Origin: a virus
IMG/VR virus record: IMGVR_UViG_3300023117_002343
Coordinates: 11,694 to 75,693 of that record
Length of the DNA: 64,000 nucleotides
Strand: one strand, 5' to 3'
The position numbers and the translations under genes were made by a program. This document shows, in pieces, positions 1 to 9,600 of this stretch. The stretch's first letter is position 1, and each line of letters begins with the position of its first letter. The notes below the pieces were generated by a model. The model was not told the origin of the DNA. It saw only the letters and a list, made by a program, of their open reading frames with translations, and did no database searches.

Positions 1-56
1 AGGCCCTTTCCAGGAGATTGCGCCACTTTGATCTTGGTGGGAGGATAAAATTCCAA
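1..56 (-). CDS. 5' fragment of a probable SET-domain protein (runs off the window)
   Basis: TTG start after GGAAGG gives MEFYPPTKIKVAQSPGKG(L), which resembles the SET N-terminal 'I.V..SP.KG.G' motif. Only 18 codons are visible. Confidence 0.4.
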   Translation of the reverse strand, partial: MEFYPPTKIKVAQSPGKG

Positions 57-57
57 A

Positions 58-723
58 TCAGCCTTCCTTGCGCTCAAAGCCGTAAGCAATTGCATCGAAC
101 TGAGCGCCGGCGCCAACAGTGCCTGCTGTGAGATCGTCATTGATTTCGACGACCAGGCGGTGATTGGTATTTTTGGCCAACTTCAAACCGTACTGAAAGC
201 CAAATACGCCTTTGAAATCCAAAACAGGCAAATAACCGTCAGAGACGTTCTTACCGCTACCTGAAATTGACGGAGCCAAAAAAGCATTAGCGGCATCGCC
301 AAAGGCTGGATTACCCTGGCACAACCGAATAAAACTGAAGTTAACGATCAGATCCGTGGCAATATTTGTTTCGCCATTGTTGTCTTCGTAATATATTCGC
401 ACCCCGTTAGTCAATGCCGAGCCAATGCCCAAAAAATCATTGCCAAGTGACACGCCAGTTGCAGCTATCAAAAAAGATACGCTGGTAATATAAATGTCCA
501 GATTTGGCACGGCTTGAATATAAAAAAGCTGCGAAGTTGTGGAGCCGTCAACAAGCATGCTTGATGTTGTGCCATCCCCATCCAGAGTCAAAAAATCACG
601 GAAGACCTTCTGAATATCTCTTTCGTCATCTGGCGGAAATGGTGCAGGAGACACGCGCAGATATCCGCCGTCCTCAATCAGAGCTTGCTGGTTATCATCG
701 ATAATAGAAGTTCTGCGCGCCAT
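58..723 (-). CDS. Hypothetical virion-associated beta-rich protein
   Basis: 221-aa ORF tightly packed in the operon with the fibre-like genes. Confidence 0.6.
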   Translation of the reverse strand: MARRTSIIDDNQQALIEDGGYLRVSPAPFPPDDERDIQKVFRDFLTLDGDGTTSSMLVDGSTTSQLFYIQAVPNLDIYITSVSFLIAATGVSLGNDFLGIGSALTNGVRIYYEDNNGETNIATDLIVNFSFIRLCQGNPAFGDAANAFLAPSISGSGKNVSDGYLPVLDFKGVFGFQYGLKLAKNTNHRLVVEINDDLTAGTVGAGAQFDAIAYGFERKEG

Positions 724-725
724 TA

Positions 726-1307
726 TTACCTCTCAGTAAACAAAAAGGTTCTGGCGCCAAACTGAACGTCCATAGATGTATTGCCGGTCGGAGGAGTAAC
801 AGTAATGGCAAATGAATTGCCTTTTTTCAAAACCAATCTTGCAGGTTGCAAATTATTAAATTGGCCAATTGGAAAGCTAAGTAATGCCACATTAGTGCCT
901 CCCGTGACAGTCGAACCTTGAGCACCATATTGCAGTGTCACATCTAATTCTTTGGAGGAACCAAAATTTTGATTAAGAGATGTAGTTGCTGTTGGGGAAG
1001 AAATAGAAGTCGGATTTTTATACCAGTTCACTCTGAACATATCAGGCGAACCGCCAGTTGTGGCTTCAGCAACAAAAAAGAAGTTTTCAAAAATGAGATC
1101 TTTGTCTTCATTATTTTCACAGAAAAATATAGCGCTTTCTGCTGCATTCGTTAGATTAACTAGAGGAGTGCCTAGGAAAAACGCCTCTCCACTTGCAGCT
1201 GCCTCTGTAAATTCAGGCTCAATAACGCTTCTAACTTGAAGTTTATTAGATGAGTCGATTTTAGCTTTCTTTCCAGAACCTGTGCCGTCTAATAGTTGAA
1301 ATCCCAT
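726..1307 (-). CDS. Tandem paralogue 4 of a DGTG-motif family (probable virion protein)
   Basis: N-term LLDGTGSG..AKID..NKL, internal NQNFGSS and C-term LKKGNSF..P, shared with neighbours. Confidence 0.7.
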   Translation of the reverse strand: MGFQLLDGTGSGKKAKIDSSNKLQVRSVIEPEFTEAAASGEAFFLGTPLVNLTNAAESAIFFCENNEDKDLIFENFFFVAEATTGGSPDMFRVNWYKNPTSISSPTATTSLNQNFGSSKELDVTLQYGAQGSTVTGGTNVALLSFPIGQFNNLQPARLVLKKGNSFAITVTPPTGNTSMDVQFGARTFLFTER

Positions 1308-1310
1308 TTC

Positions 1311-1904
1311 TTAAGCTCCATTATTGTTTGGTAGTCTATGCGCATTAATCCCCACGGAGACTTGCAGAGACGTATTGGATGGCGGAGGTATGATATTAAC
1401 CCCAATGGAAGACCCTTTGGGCAAAATTGTCGCTGCAGTTTCCGTAGTTAGCGATTCGACCGGGGCAACCAAGGCTGCATATGTAGATCCGCCCGTCAAT
1501 GAAGCGGCCTCAGCGCCTATTTCGCTGGTGAGCGTGAGTGTGTTAGAAGATCCAAAATTAATGTTGGGAGCCAAAAGAGCAGTGCTTGAACCGCCACTCA
1601 TAGCCGTCGGATTTTTAATGATGATGCCTCTGACGTGGTTCTCTGTACCACCGGTACTGGCTCTGACCCCGACCAAAAATCTGGTGATAACCAGGTCAAA
1701 ATCATTATCATTTTGAAAATAAAGCACTGCACTTTGATTTGCCGATGTGAGAGTTACAAATCCAGATCCGATCAGGTAAGCATCGCCGGAAATTGCTGCC
1801 TCTTCCCGCTCAGTTCTCTGCACTGCATCTGTCTTAAGTCTGTTGACATCAGTGACTTGCGCAAGATAACCGTTGCCTGTTCCATCTTCAATATTAAATC
1901 CCAT
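1311..1904 (-). CDS. Tandem paralogue 3 of the DGTG-motif family
   Basis: IEDGTGNG..NRL, NINFGSS and LPKGSSIGV. Confidence 0.7.
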   Translation of the reverse strand: MGFNIEDGTGNGYLAQVTDVNRLKTDAVQRTEREEAAISGDAYLIGSGFVTLTSANQSAVLYFQNDNDFDLVITRFLVGVRASTGGTENHVRGIIIKNPTAMSGGSSTALLAPNINFGSSNTLTLTSEIGAEAASLTGGSTYAALVAPVESLTTETAATILPKGSSIGVNIIPPPSNTSLQVSVGINAHRLPNNNGA

Positions 1905-1912
1905 ATTTTTTC

Positions 1913-2509
1913 CTAGCTGTTATTTGCAAGCAAGAAACCTTGAAAGCCTGTATAGATGTTAATAGGCTGCTGACCATTGGGCTCGTAAGAGACGCCCAGT
2001 GATCCTCCCTTTGGTACTACCAAATAAACATTGCCAAAAACTCTAGAAGCAGCATTTTGAGTCTGATAAAGTACAGGAGTGTTTGATCCTGTTGGATTCA
2101 TCCAAAAGCCGTCACCGCCTTTTTTGACATCAACTTCAAAAGTCACTGCACTGCTAATTTTTCTGTTGACGACTGTAATATCTGTACCAGCAGAAACAAT
2201 AGAGCCCGTAGTAATATTTGGGTAGACTCTCATTAAAGCCTTTTCAGTTTCGGATCCGCCACTGAGTCCAGTGCCGATAAACCAAGCTGCAATCACGATA
2301 TCTTTATCTTCATTATTTTTAAAATAAAGTAGAGGAGTTTCAATCGATGCCGAAACTGCCAAAAATTCAGTATTAATATTGAATGCGTTGCCTCTTCCAA
2401 CGGCATCTTCAAAAAAAGTTTCGCTTTTAACAGAGGCTAGAGCTCTGTTTTCACTATCAATTTTTAGCGAAAAACCTTGACCCGTTCCGTCTTCAATTGT
2501 TGTTGCCAT
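1913..2509 (-). CDS. Tandem paralogue 2 of the DGTG-motif family
   Basis: IEDGTGQG..NRA, LLYFKNNEDKD and VPKGGSLGV. Confidence 0.7.
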   Translation of the reverse strand: MATTIEDGTGQGFSLKIDSENRALASVKSETFFEDAVGRGNAFNINTEFLAVSASIETPLLYFKNNEDKDIVIAAWFIGTGLSGGSETEKALMRVYPNITTGSIVSAGTDITVVNRKISSAVTFEVDVKKGGDGFWMNPTGSNTPVLYQTQNAASRVFGNVYLVVPKGGSLGVSYEPNGQQPINIYTGFQGFLLANNS

Positions 2510-2515
2510 TTTTAA

Positions 2516-3112
2516 TCACCCGAGTGTATCATTGTCGTACCACCAATGTGTGACGACAAGAGCTGTAGCTGTAACCGTCCCATTTGGAGGTGTAAGTTTA
2601 AAGCCAATGCTAGTGCCCTTAGGAAGCCGCCGCCCAAGCGGCAAAATAATTCTGTCAATTGATTGCTTGATCTTCTGTGGAGCGCCGGTACCATCCACTA
2701 GTGTGTCACCCTCTACTCCTTTAAAATTATCTCCGTTTGGAATATTCGCAGAGCCGTGATTGGAGTTTGAGATGCCGGCTGATACTGCATTATCGATAAT
2801 GGTTCCCGACGTTGGATTTCGCAGAACTCTGAAGGTCCAGTCCTGATCGGAACTAGCACTGACAGCCGTGCCTAAAATCAAAACAGCCCGGTCCAGCACG
2901 AAGTCTCTATCGTCTGTATTTTTGGTATATAGCACTGCTGTCTCATTAGCGCCGGTAAAACTGACCGGAGTCGAAGCGATCTGATAACCGTCTCCCACTA
3001 CAATAGCATTATCTTCTTCAGTAATAATAACAGCCTGCGACAGTAATCGATTTTGACCGGTCACTCTCAGCCGGTTTCTGGTTCCTGTTCCATCTTGAAT
3101 TGTTGTCGACAT
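2516..3112 (-). CDS. Tandem paralogue 1 of the DGTG-motif family
   Basis: IQDGTG..NRL, VLYTKNTDDRD, NSNHGSA and LPKGTSIG. Confidence 0.7.
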   Translation of the reverse strand: MSTTIQDGTGTRNRLRVTGQNRLLSQAVIITEEDNAIVVGDGYQIASTPVSFTGANETAVLYTKNTDDRDFVLDRAVLILGTAVSASSDQDWTFRVLRNPTSGTIIDNAVSAGISNSNHGSANIPNGDNFKGVEGDTLVDGTGAPQKIKQSIDRIILPLGRRLPKGTSIGFKLTPPNGTVTATALVVTHWWYDNDTLG

Positions 3113-3113
3113 A

Positions 3114-3320
3114 TCAATCTAACTCGTCATTTTCGAAAATATTAGGATCAATGACAAAATCGTTTTCGTGCACTTTATACATGTTTGCAATTCGACTTTG
3201 ATGCAAGTTCTTTTTAGTGATCAGATTCAAGTCATTGATCAGTATTATTTGCTGCGCTAATTTTGCGGTCAGCACCTGAATGTCGTCCTCGACAGAATCA
3301 ATTGTAATTACTTTGCCCAT
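3114..3320 (-). CDS. Small hypothetical protein (coiled-coil-like)
   Basis: 68-aa ORF filling the operon gap. Confidence 0.55.
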   Translation of the reverse strand: MGKVITIDSVEDDIQVLTAKLAQQIILINDLNLITKKNLHQSRIANMYKVHENDFVIDPNIFENDELD

Positions 3321-3325
3321 TTCGT

Positions 3326-3667
3326 TTATCTCTTTGCAACTAAGTATATTGACAGCGTGCCTCGATCCGTAATGTCCAAGGAAACACGCAAAAATTTGCC
3401 TGTAAAGACAGTGCGCTCCAAAGTGAAAGCGCTATTGGAAGGGGTGACAAGTATAGAACCATTTTCCATATCATCGTAGTTAGTTCCGTCGTTTGACTGT
3501 TGTAGCGTAACTTCGGTGTCGCCTTGAATACTTGAGCCGACAAATTGGACCGAAATCCTATTGTAATCGGAAATGTCAGAGGATGTAAAGGTGGTTGGAC
3601 CGACGGTGAGATCATAGGACGTCGCCAGGGTTTCCTCAAATGCAAGAAGTTCGGGTATGTATGCCAT
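3326..3667 (-). CDS. Hypothetical virion-associated protein
   Basis: 113-aa beta-rich ORF with LQQSNDG.NY motif, directly downstream of the giant fibre gene. Confidence 0.6.
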   Translation of the reverse strand: MAYIPELLAFEETLATSYDLTVGPTTFTSSDISDYNRISVQFVGSSIQGDTEVTLQQSNDGTNYDDMENGSILVTPSNSAFTLERTVFTGKFLRVSLDITDRGTLSIYLVAKR

Positions 3668-3672
3668 AATGT

Positions 3673-6600
3673 CTACTCGATGAACCAGTTGGATGTGCCA
3701 TCGTTATAAAGACTGATGGCAATGTAATTTCTATTTAATATCGCGGTCGAATCGCCGTCGATCAGATCTGAGCCGGATGCCACGATCGTGATGTTGTTTT
3801 TCTTGGCATTGCCGTCTTCGTCTTTGAATCTCAGATCTCTCTCGCCCACGTCTGAAATTTTAGGAAGCTGAATGGTCACTTCATCGGTCGCTGTGTATCT
3901 CACGCCGATTCGATAGTCGTTGATTGTCGCTGTATAGACCGGTTGTGTGATGCGAGTTGTGGGTGTGGTGATGCTATTGTAATAGCGGACAGAACCAGAA
4001 ACTGAAACATCGCCGCCAAATACCGAAACGCCTTCAGAAGCTCCGCCCGCCGAATTTATGGCGCCAGAAACATAGAAGAAGACATCCGTTCCTTTATCGC
4101 TTGGTGCATCTACGGTACCAGCTTCAGCTCCAGGAATTGCTACAGAGCCAGTTGTGAATATAGATCCGTTAGTCGTCGAATCCCAGTAGGTATCCGCTTG
4201 AACTGAACTGACAGTGACTGAACCATTTGACTGTGAAGTAATGATGACATTATCGCCAGAAATCAAATAAGAGGTGCCGTCTGTTAATTGCGTGAGAGAG
4301 CCGGATAGACCAAGCAAACCATTGACAGAACCAGAAGCCGTAACATCGCCACCAAACAGAGCAGTCTGAGTCTTGTCTAGAGCGCCTGAGACGTAAAAGA
4401 AAACATCAGTGCCTTTATCCGTCGGATCATCTATTGTTCCAGAGTCACCTCCTGGAATTGCGACTGAACCCGTAGTGAATATAGCACCATTGGTTGTTGA
4501 ATCCCAGTAGGTAGAAACAGATGCAGCTGTAGAAGATATCGTAACAGGGCCATTTGACGCAGACGTAATTGTTACGCCTGGACCAGCAATCAAATAAGAA
4601 GTACCATCGGCCAGCTGTGTAAGAGAGCCGGATAAGCCCCCTAGGTGGACAGAAGTGCCGGTCACAAACAGATCGCTCTCAATAGAAGTATCGCCGGTGA
4701 CGTTAAGAGTGCCTGATACGTCTGTGGATCCTGTGATGGTCAGTTGGTTGTTTGTTCCCCAATCGACGGCATCAACGCCATTAGGATATTCCAGAATACG
4801 ATTACCCCAATCAAGGGAGATCACACCGGTGCCATCGTAAGCATATCGAGCAACTAGAGCTAGAGTTGCTGTATTAGTTGCATCAACAAGGTTATGAGTA
4901 AACTCAGAAATACCACTGCCGTTAACAGCAAGGACTTCGCCGACTGTGCCGCCTTCAATAACCGAAGAGGAAACGTAGGAGGCAGTCACGTTTGTTAGAG
5001 CGCTGCCGTCTCCTGTAAAAGATCCGCTAAAAGATCCGGAAAAGCCGGCCAAAGCCGTAATTGAGCCGGAAATAACAACATCGCCACCAAACAGTGAGAC
5101 TCCTGGAAAAGCACCATTTGCTGACCCGATTGCCCCTGAAACGTAAAAGAAGACATCAGCGCCTTTATCATCTGGAGAATCAACTGACTCAGAGCCGGGA
5201 ATGGCAACCGAACCTGTTGTGAAAATAGATCCGTTAGTTGTTGAATCCCAGTAGGTATCAGCCTGCGTTGAACTGATGGTTACTGCGCCATTTGACTCCG
5301 AGGTGATAGTAACATTGTCGCCGGCAATCAAATAAGATGTACCGTCTGCTAGCTGAGTCAACGAACCAGAGAGGCCAGCTTGGTGAATTGTTGCGCCGGT
5401 GAATGTTGTACCTGAGACGGTTGCAACAATAGAATCATCAATCTCAAGAGTAACATCGCCTGAAGTACCGCCACCCAATAGACCATTACCAGCATTGACC
5501 GATGTAATATCGCCAACAGTTCCATCATTGGTAATGGTAACAGAACCATTTGAGCCGGTCGTAATTGCAATACCAGATCCAGCAACAAGATAAGAAGAGC
5601 CATCCAGGAGCTGGGTTAGGGATCCTGACAATCCTTGCTCAAAGTAACCCGTACCAGACACATAAATGTCACCACCGAACAAAGATCGATTGGTATTGTC
5701 TAAAGCGCCAGAAACGTAGAAAAAGACATCCGTTCCTTTGTCACTGGGAGAATCTACACTCTCAACTCCAGGTATTGCAACCGATCCAGTCGTGAATATA
5801 GATCCATTTGTAGTAGATTCCCAGTAAGTATCAGCCTGAGTATCTATAGAGCTTATGGTTACTGCGCCATTGGACTCTGAGGTAATAGTAACATTGGTAC
5901 CCGCAATGAGATAAGAAGTGCCATCGGCCAACTGAGTTAATGATCCGGAAAGGCCGGCTTGGTGAATAGTGGCGCCAGTAAATGTGGTTCCGCTGACAGT
6001 CGCCACAACTGAATCATCGATATTCAGAGTTACGTTGCTATTTGCCCCTCCGTCGACAATATCGATGCCTGTTCCACCGGTTAAAACTCTTTCATCAGTC
6101 AATTCAGCATTGAGTGCCAGGGTGACATATTGGGCATTTGCAGGAGTGTTGCTGGAGACTGTAACTTGACCATTTGATTCTGAAACGATTGTTACATTGG
6201 ATCCAGCGACCAAATAAGATCGTCCGTCTGTTAATTGCGTGAGTGAGCCGCTAAGTCCTAACAGGCCATTTACTGATCCAGACGCTGTAATGTCACCGCC
6301 AAACAAAGCTGTCTGTGTTTTATCTAGCGCGCCAGATACATAAAAGAAAACGTCTGTGCCTTTATCGCTTGGCGCATCGACAGATTCAGCGCCAGGTATC
6401 GCAACTGAACCTGTTGTAAAGATAGATCCGTTGGTGGTGGAATCCCAATATGTGTCGGCTTGCGTGTCTATCGAAGAAATTGTGATGGCACCGTTGGATT
6501 CCGAAGTAATCGTAACATTTGTACCAGCAATCAGGTAAGAGGTGCCATCAGCCAGCTGAGTTAAAGAACCAGAAAGTCCGGCTTGGTGAACAGTAGCGCC

Positions 6601-9600
6601 TGTGAATGTTGTGCCAGATACTGTTGCAACAATAGAATCGTCAATCTCAAGGGTGACATCACCTGAAGATCCTCCACCAAGAAGACCGTTTCCAGCCGTT
6701 ACTGACGTGATGTCTCCCACTGTGCCGTCATTTGTGATTGTTACGGCGCCATTTGATCCTGTCGTAATTGCAATTCCATCGCCGGCAATTAGATAGGAAG
6801 TACCATCGAGAAGTTGAGTTAGCGATCCAGACAATCCCTGCTCAAAATAACCTGTTCCCGATACATAGACATCGCCACCAAAAAGAGAGCGGTTGGTATT
6901 ATTTAAAGCTCCCGATACGTAAAAAAAGACGTCTGCGCCTTTATCACTTGGCGAGTCAACAGACTCAGAACCTGGAATTGCAACAGATCCAGTTGTAAAA
7001 ATTGAACCATTGGTCGTCGAGTCCCAGTAAGTATCAGCCTGAGTATCAACTGAAGAAATTGTTACAGCGCCATTTGACTCACTGGTGATTGTGACGTTGG
7101 TTCCAGCAATGAGATAAGAAGTGCCATCGGCCAGCTGTGTCAACGAACCAGAAAGACCAGCCTGATGGATTGTTGCTCCGGTAAAAGTTGTACCAGATAC
7201 AGTGGCCACAATTGAATCGTCAATGTTTAGAGTTACGTTGTTGTTTGCTCCTCCGTCGACAATATCAATGCCTGTTCCACCTGTCAGAACTCTTTCGTTA
7301 GATAGCTCTGCATTGAGGGCCAGAGTCACGTACTGAGCGTCAGCAGGAGTATCACTTGAAATTGTGATTTGACCATTAGACTCAGAGACGATAGTCGTGT
7401 TCGATCCGGCAACTAAATATGATCGACCATCGGTTAATTGAGTCAAAGAGCCACTAAGGCCCAACAAGCCGTTAACAGAACCGGAAGCTGTTATATCCCC
7501 ACCAAACAACGATGTCTGAGTTTTGTCTAGTGCACCAGAAACATAAAAGAAGACATCGGTTCCCTTGTCCAGCGGGGAATCTACAGACTCAGCACCCGGA
7601 ATAGCGACTGATCCCGTCGTAAAGATCGAACCGTTGGTTGTCGAGTCCCAGTAAGTATCAGCCTGAGTATCGACTGAAGAAATTGTTACGGCGCCGTTGG
7701 ACTCACTAGCGATTGTGACGTTGGCTCCAGCAATCAGATAAGATGTTCCATCAGCTAGTTGAGTCAGCGATCCAGACAAACCGGCTTGGTGAATTGTAGC
7801 ACCGGTAAATGTAGTGCCAGAAACGGTAGCAACAATTGAATCGTCAATCTCCAGCGTAACATCACCTGATGAACCACCCCCTAACAGTCCGTTTCCGGCA
7901 GTGACTGAGGTAATATCACCAACAGTGCCGTCATTGGTGATTGTAACTGATCCATTCGAACCGGTAGTAATTGCAATTCCATCGCCGGCAACAAGATAAG
8001 AGGTGCCATCTAATAGCTGCGTAAGAGAGCCTGATAGGCCTTGTTCAAAATATCCCGTTCCGGATACATAAACATCACCGCCGAATAAAGAACGATTGGT
8101 ATTGTCTAACGCACCTGAAACGTAGAAGAAAACATCAGTGCCTTTATCACTTGGCGAATCTACGCTTTCCTCGCCCGGGATCGCTACGGATCCAGTCGTG
8201 AATATGGATCCATTGGTTGTTGATTCCCAGTAGGTATCGGCTTGTGTATCGACTGACGAAATTGTTACTGCACCATTAGACTCGGATGTTATAGTAACAT
8301 TTGTGCCGGCAATCAAATAAGAAGTGCCATCAGCTAGTTGAGTTAGCGAACCTGACAAACCAGCCTGATGAATCGTAGCGCCTGTAAACGTAGTGCCAGA
8401 AACTGTAGCAACAACTGAATCGTCAATATTGAGAGTTACATTGCTGTTGGCGCCTCCGTCGACAATATCGATGCCTGTTCCGCCAGTCAGTACTCTTTCG
8501 TCGGTCAGGGTTGCATTTAACGCTAGTGTTACGTACTGCGCATTTGTTGGAGCTCCGCCGCCAGCAGTCGGCGCTGATATCGTAACAGCTCCATTCGATG
8601 CTGATGTAATTTCAACATTGCTGCCGGCAATGAGATAAGAGGTACCGTCTGTTAGTTGTGTAAGAGAGCCACTCAGTCCTAACAGGCCTGAAACAGAACC
8701 CGAGGTAATGACATCTCCACCAAACAACGATACATCAGAAGAATTCAAAGAGCCCGACACGTAGAAGAAGACGTCAGTGCCCTTATCGCTTGGAGAATCT
8801 ACAGATTCAGAGCCTGGAATTGCAACCGATCCAGTCGTAAAGATTGAGCCGTTCGTTGTTGAGTCCCAGTAGGTATCGGCCTGAGTGTCAACTGAGCTGA
8901 TTGTTATCGAGCCGTTAGACTGTGACGTAATGGTTACATTGTCGCCTGCTACCAAATAAGACGTACCATCGGATAACTGTGTCAGGGAACCTGAAAGGCC
9001 GGCTTGATGAATAGTAGCACCGGTGAATGTCGTGCCCGAGACAGTTGCAACGATCGAATCATTGATTTCTAGCGTGACATCGCCCGAGGTGCCACCACCC
9101 AACAAGCCGTTCCCAGCTATGACTGCAGTAATATCGCCAACAGTTCCGTCGTTGGTAATCGTAACTGCTCCATTCGAACCGGTGGTAATTGCAATGCCAG
9201 ATCCAGCAATTAGATAGGACGTTCCGTCTACTAGCTGTGTGAGAGAACCTGATAGTCCCTGTTCGAAGTATCCAGTGCCAGAAACATATGTATCACCGCC
9301 AAACAGCGACCGGTTTGTATTGTCTAGAGCACCAGAAACGTAAAAGAAGACGTCAGTGCCTTTATCGGATGGAGAATCTACACTTTCAGATCCAGGTATT
9401 GCAACTGATCCCGTCGTAAAGATCGAGCCGTTGGTCGTTGAATCCCAGTAGGTATCGGCCTGGGTGTCAATCGATGAAATAGTAATAGCACCATTGGACT
9501 GCGAAACAATTGTTATATTGTCTCCCGCAATCAAATAGGAGGTACCATCGGACAATTGAGTCAAAGAACCTGACAGACCGGCCTGATGAATTGTTGCACC

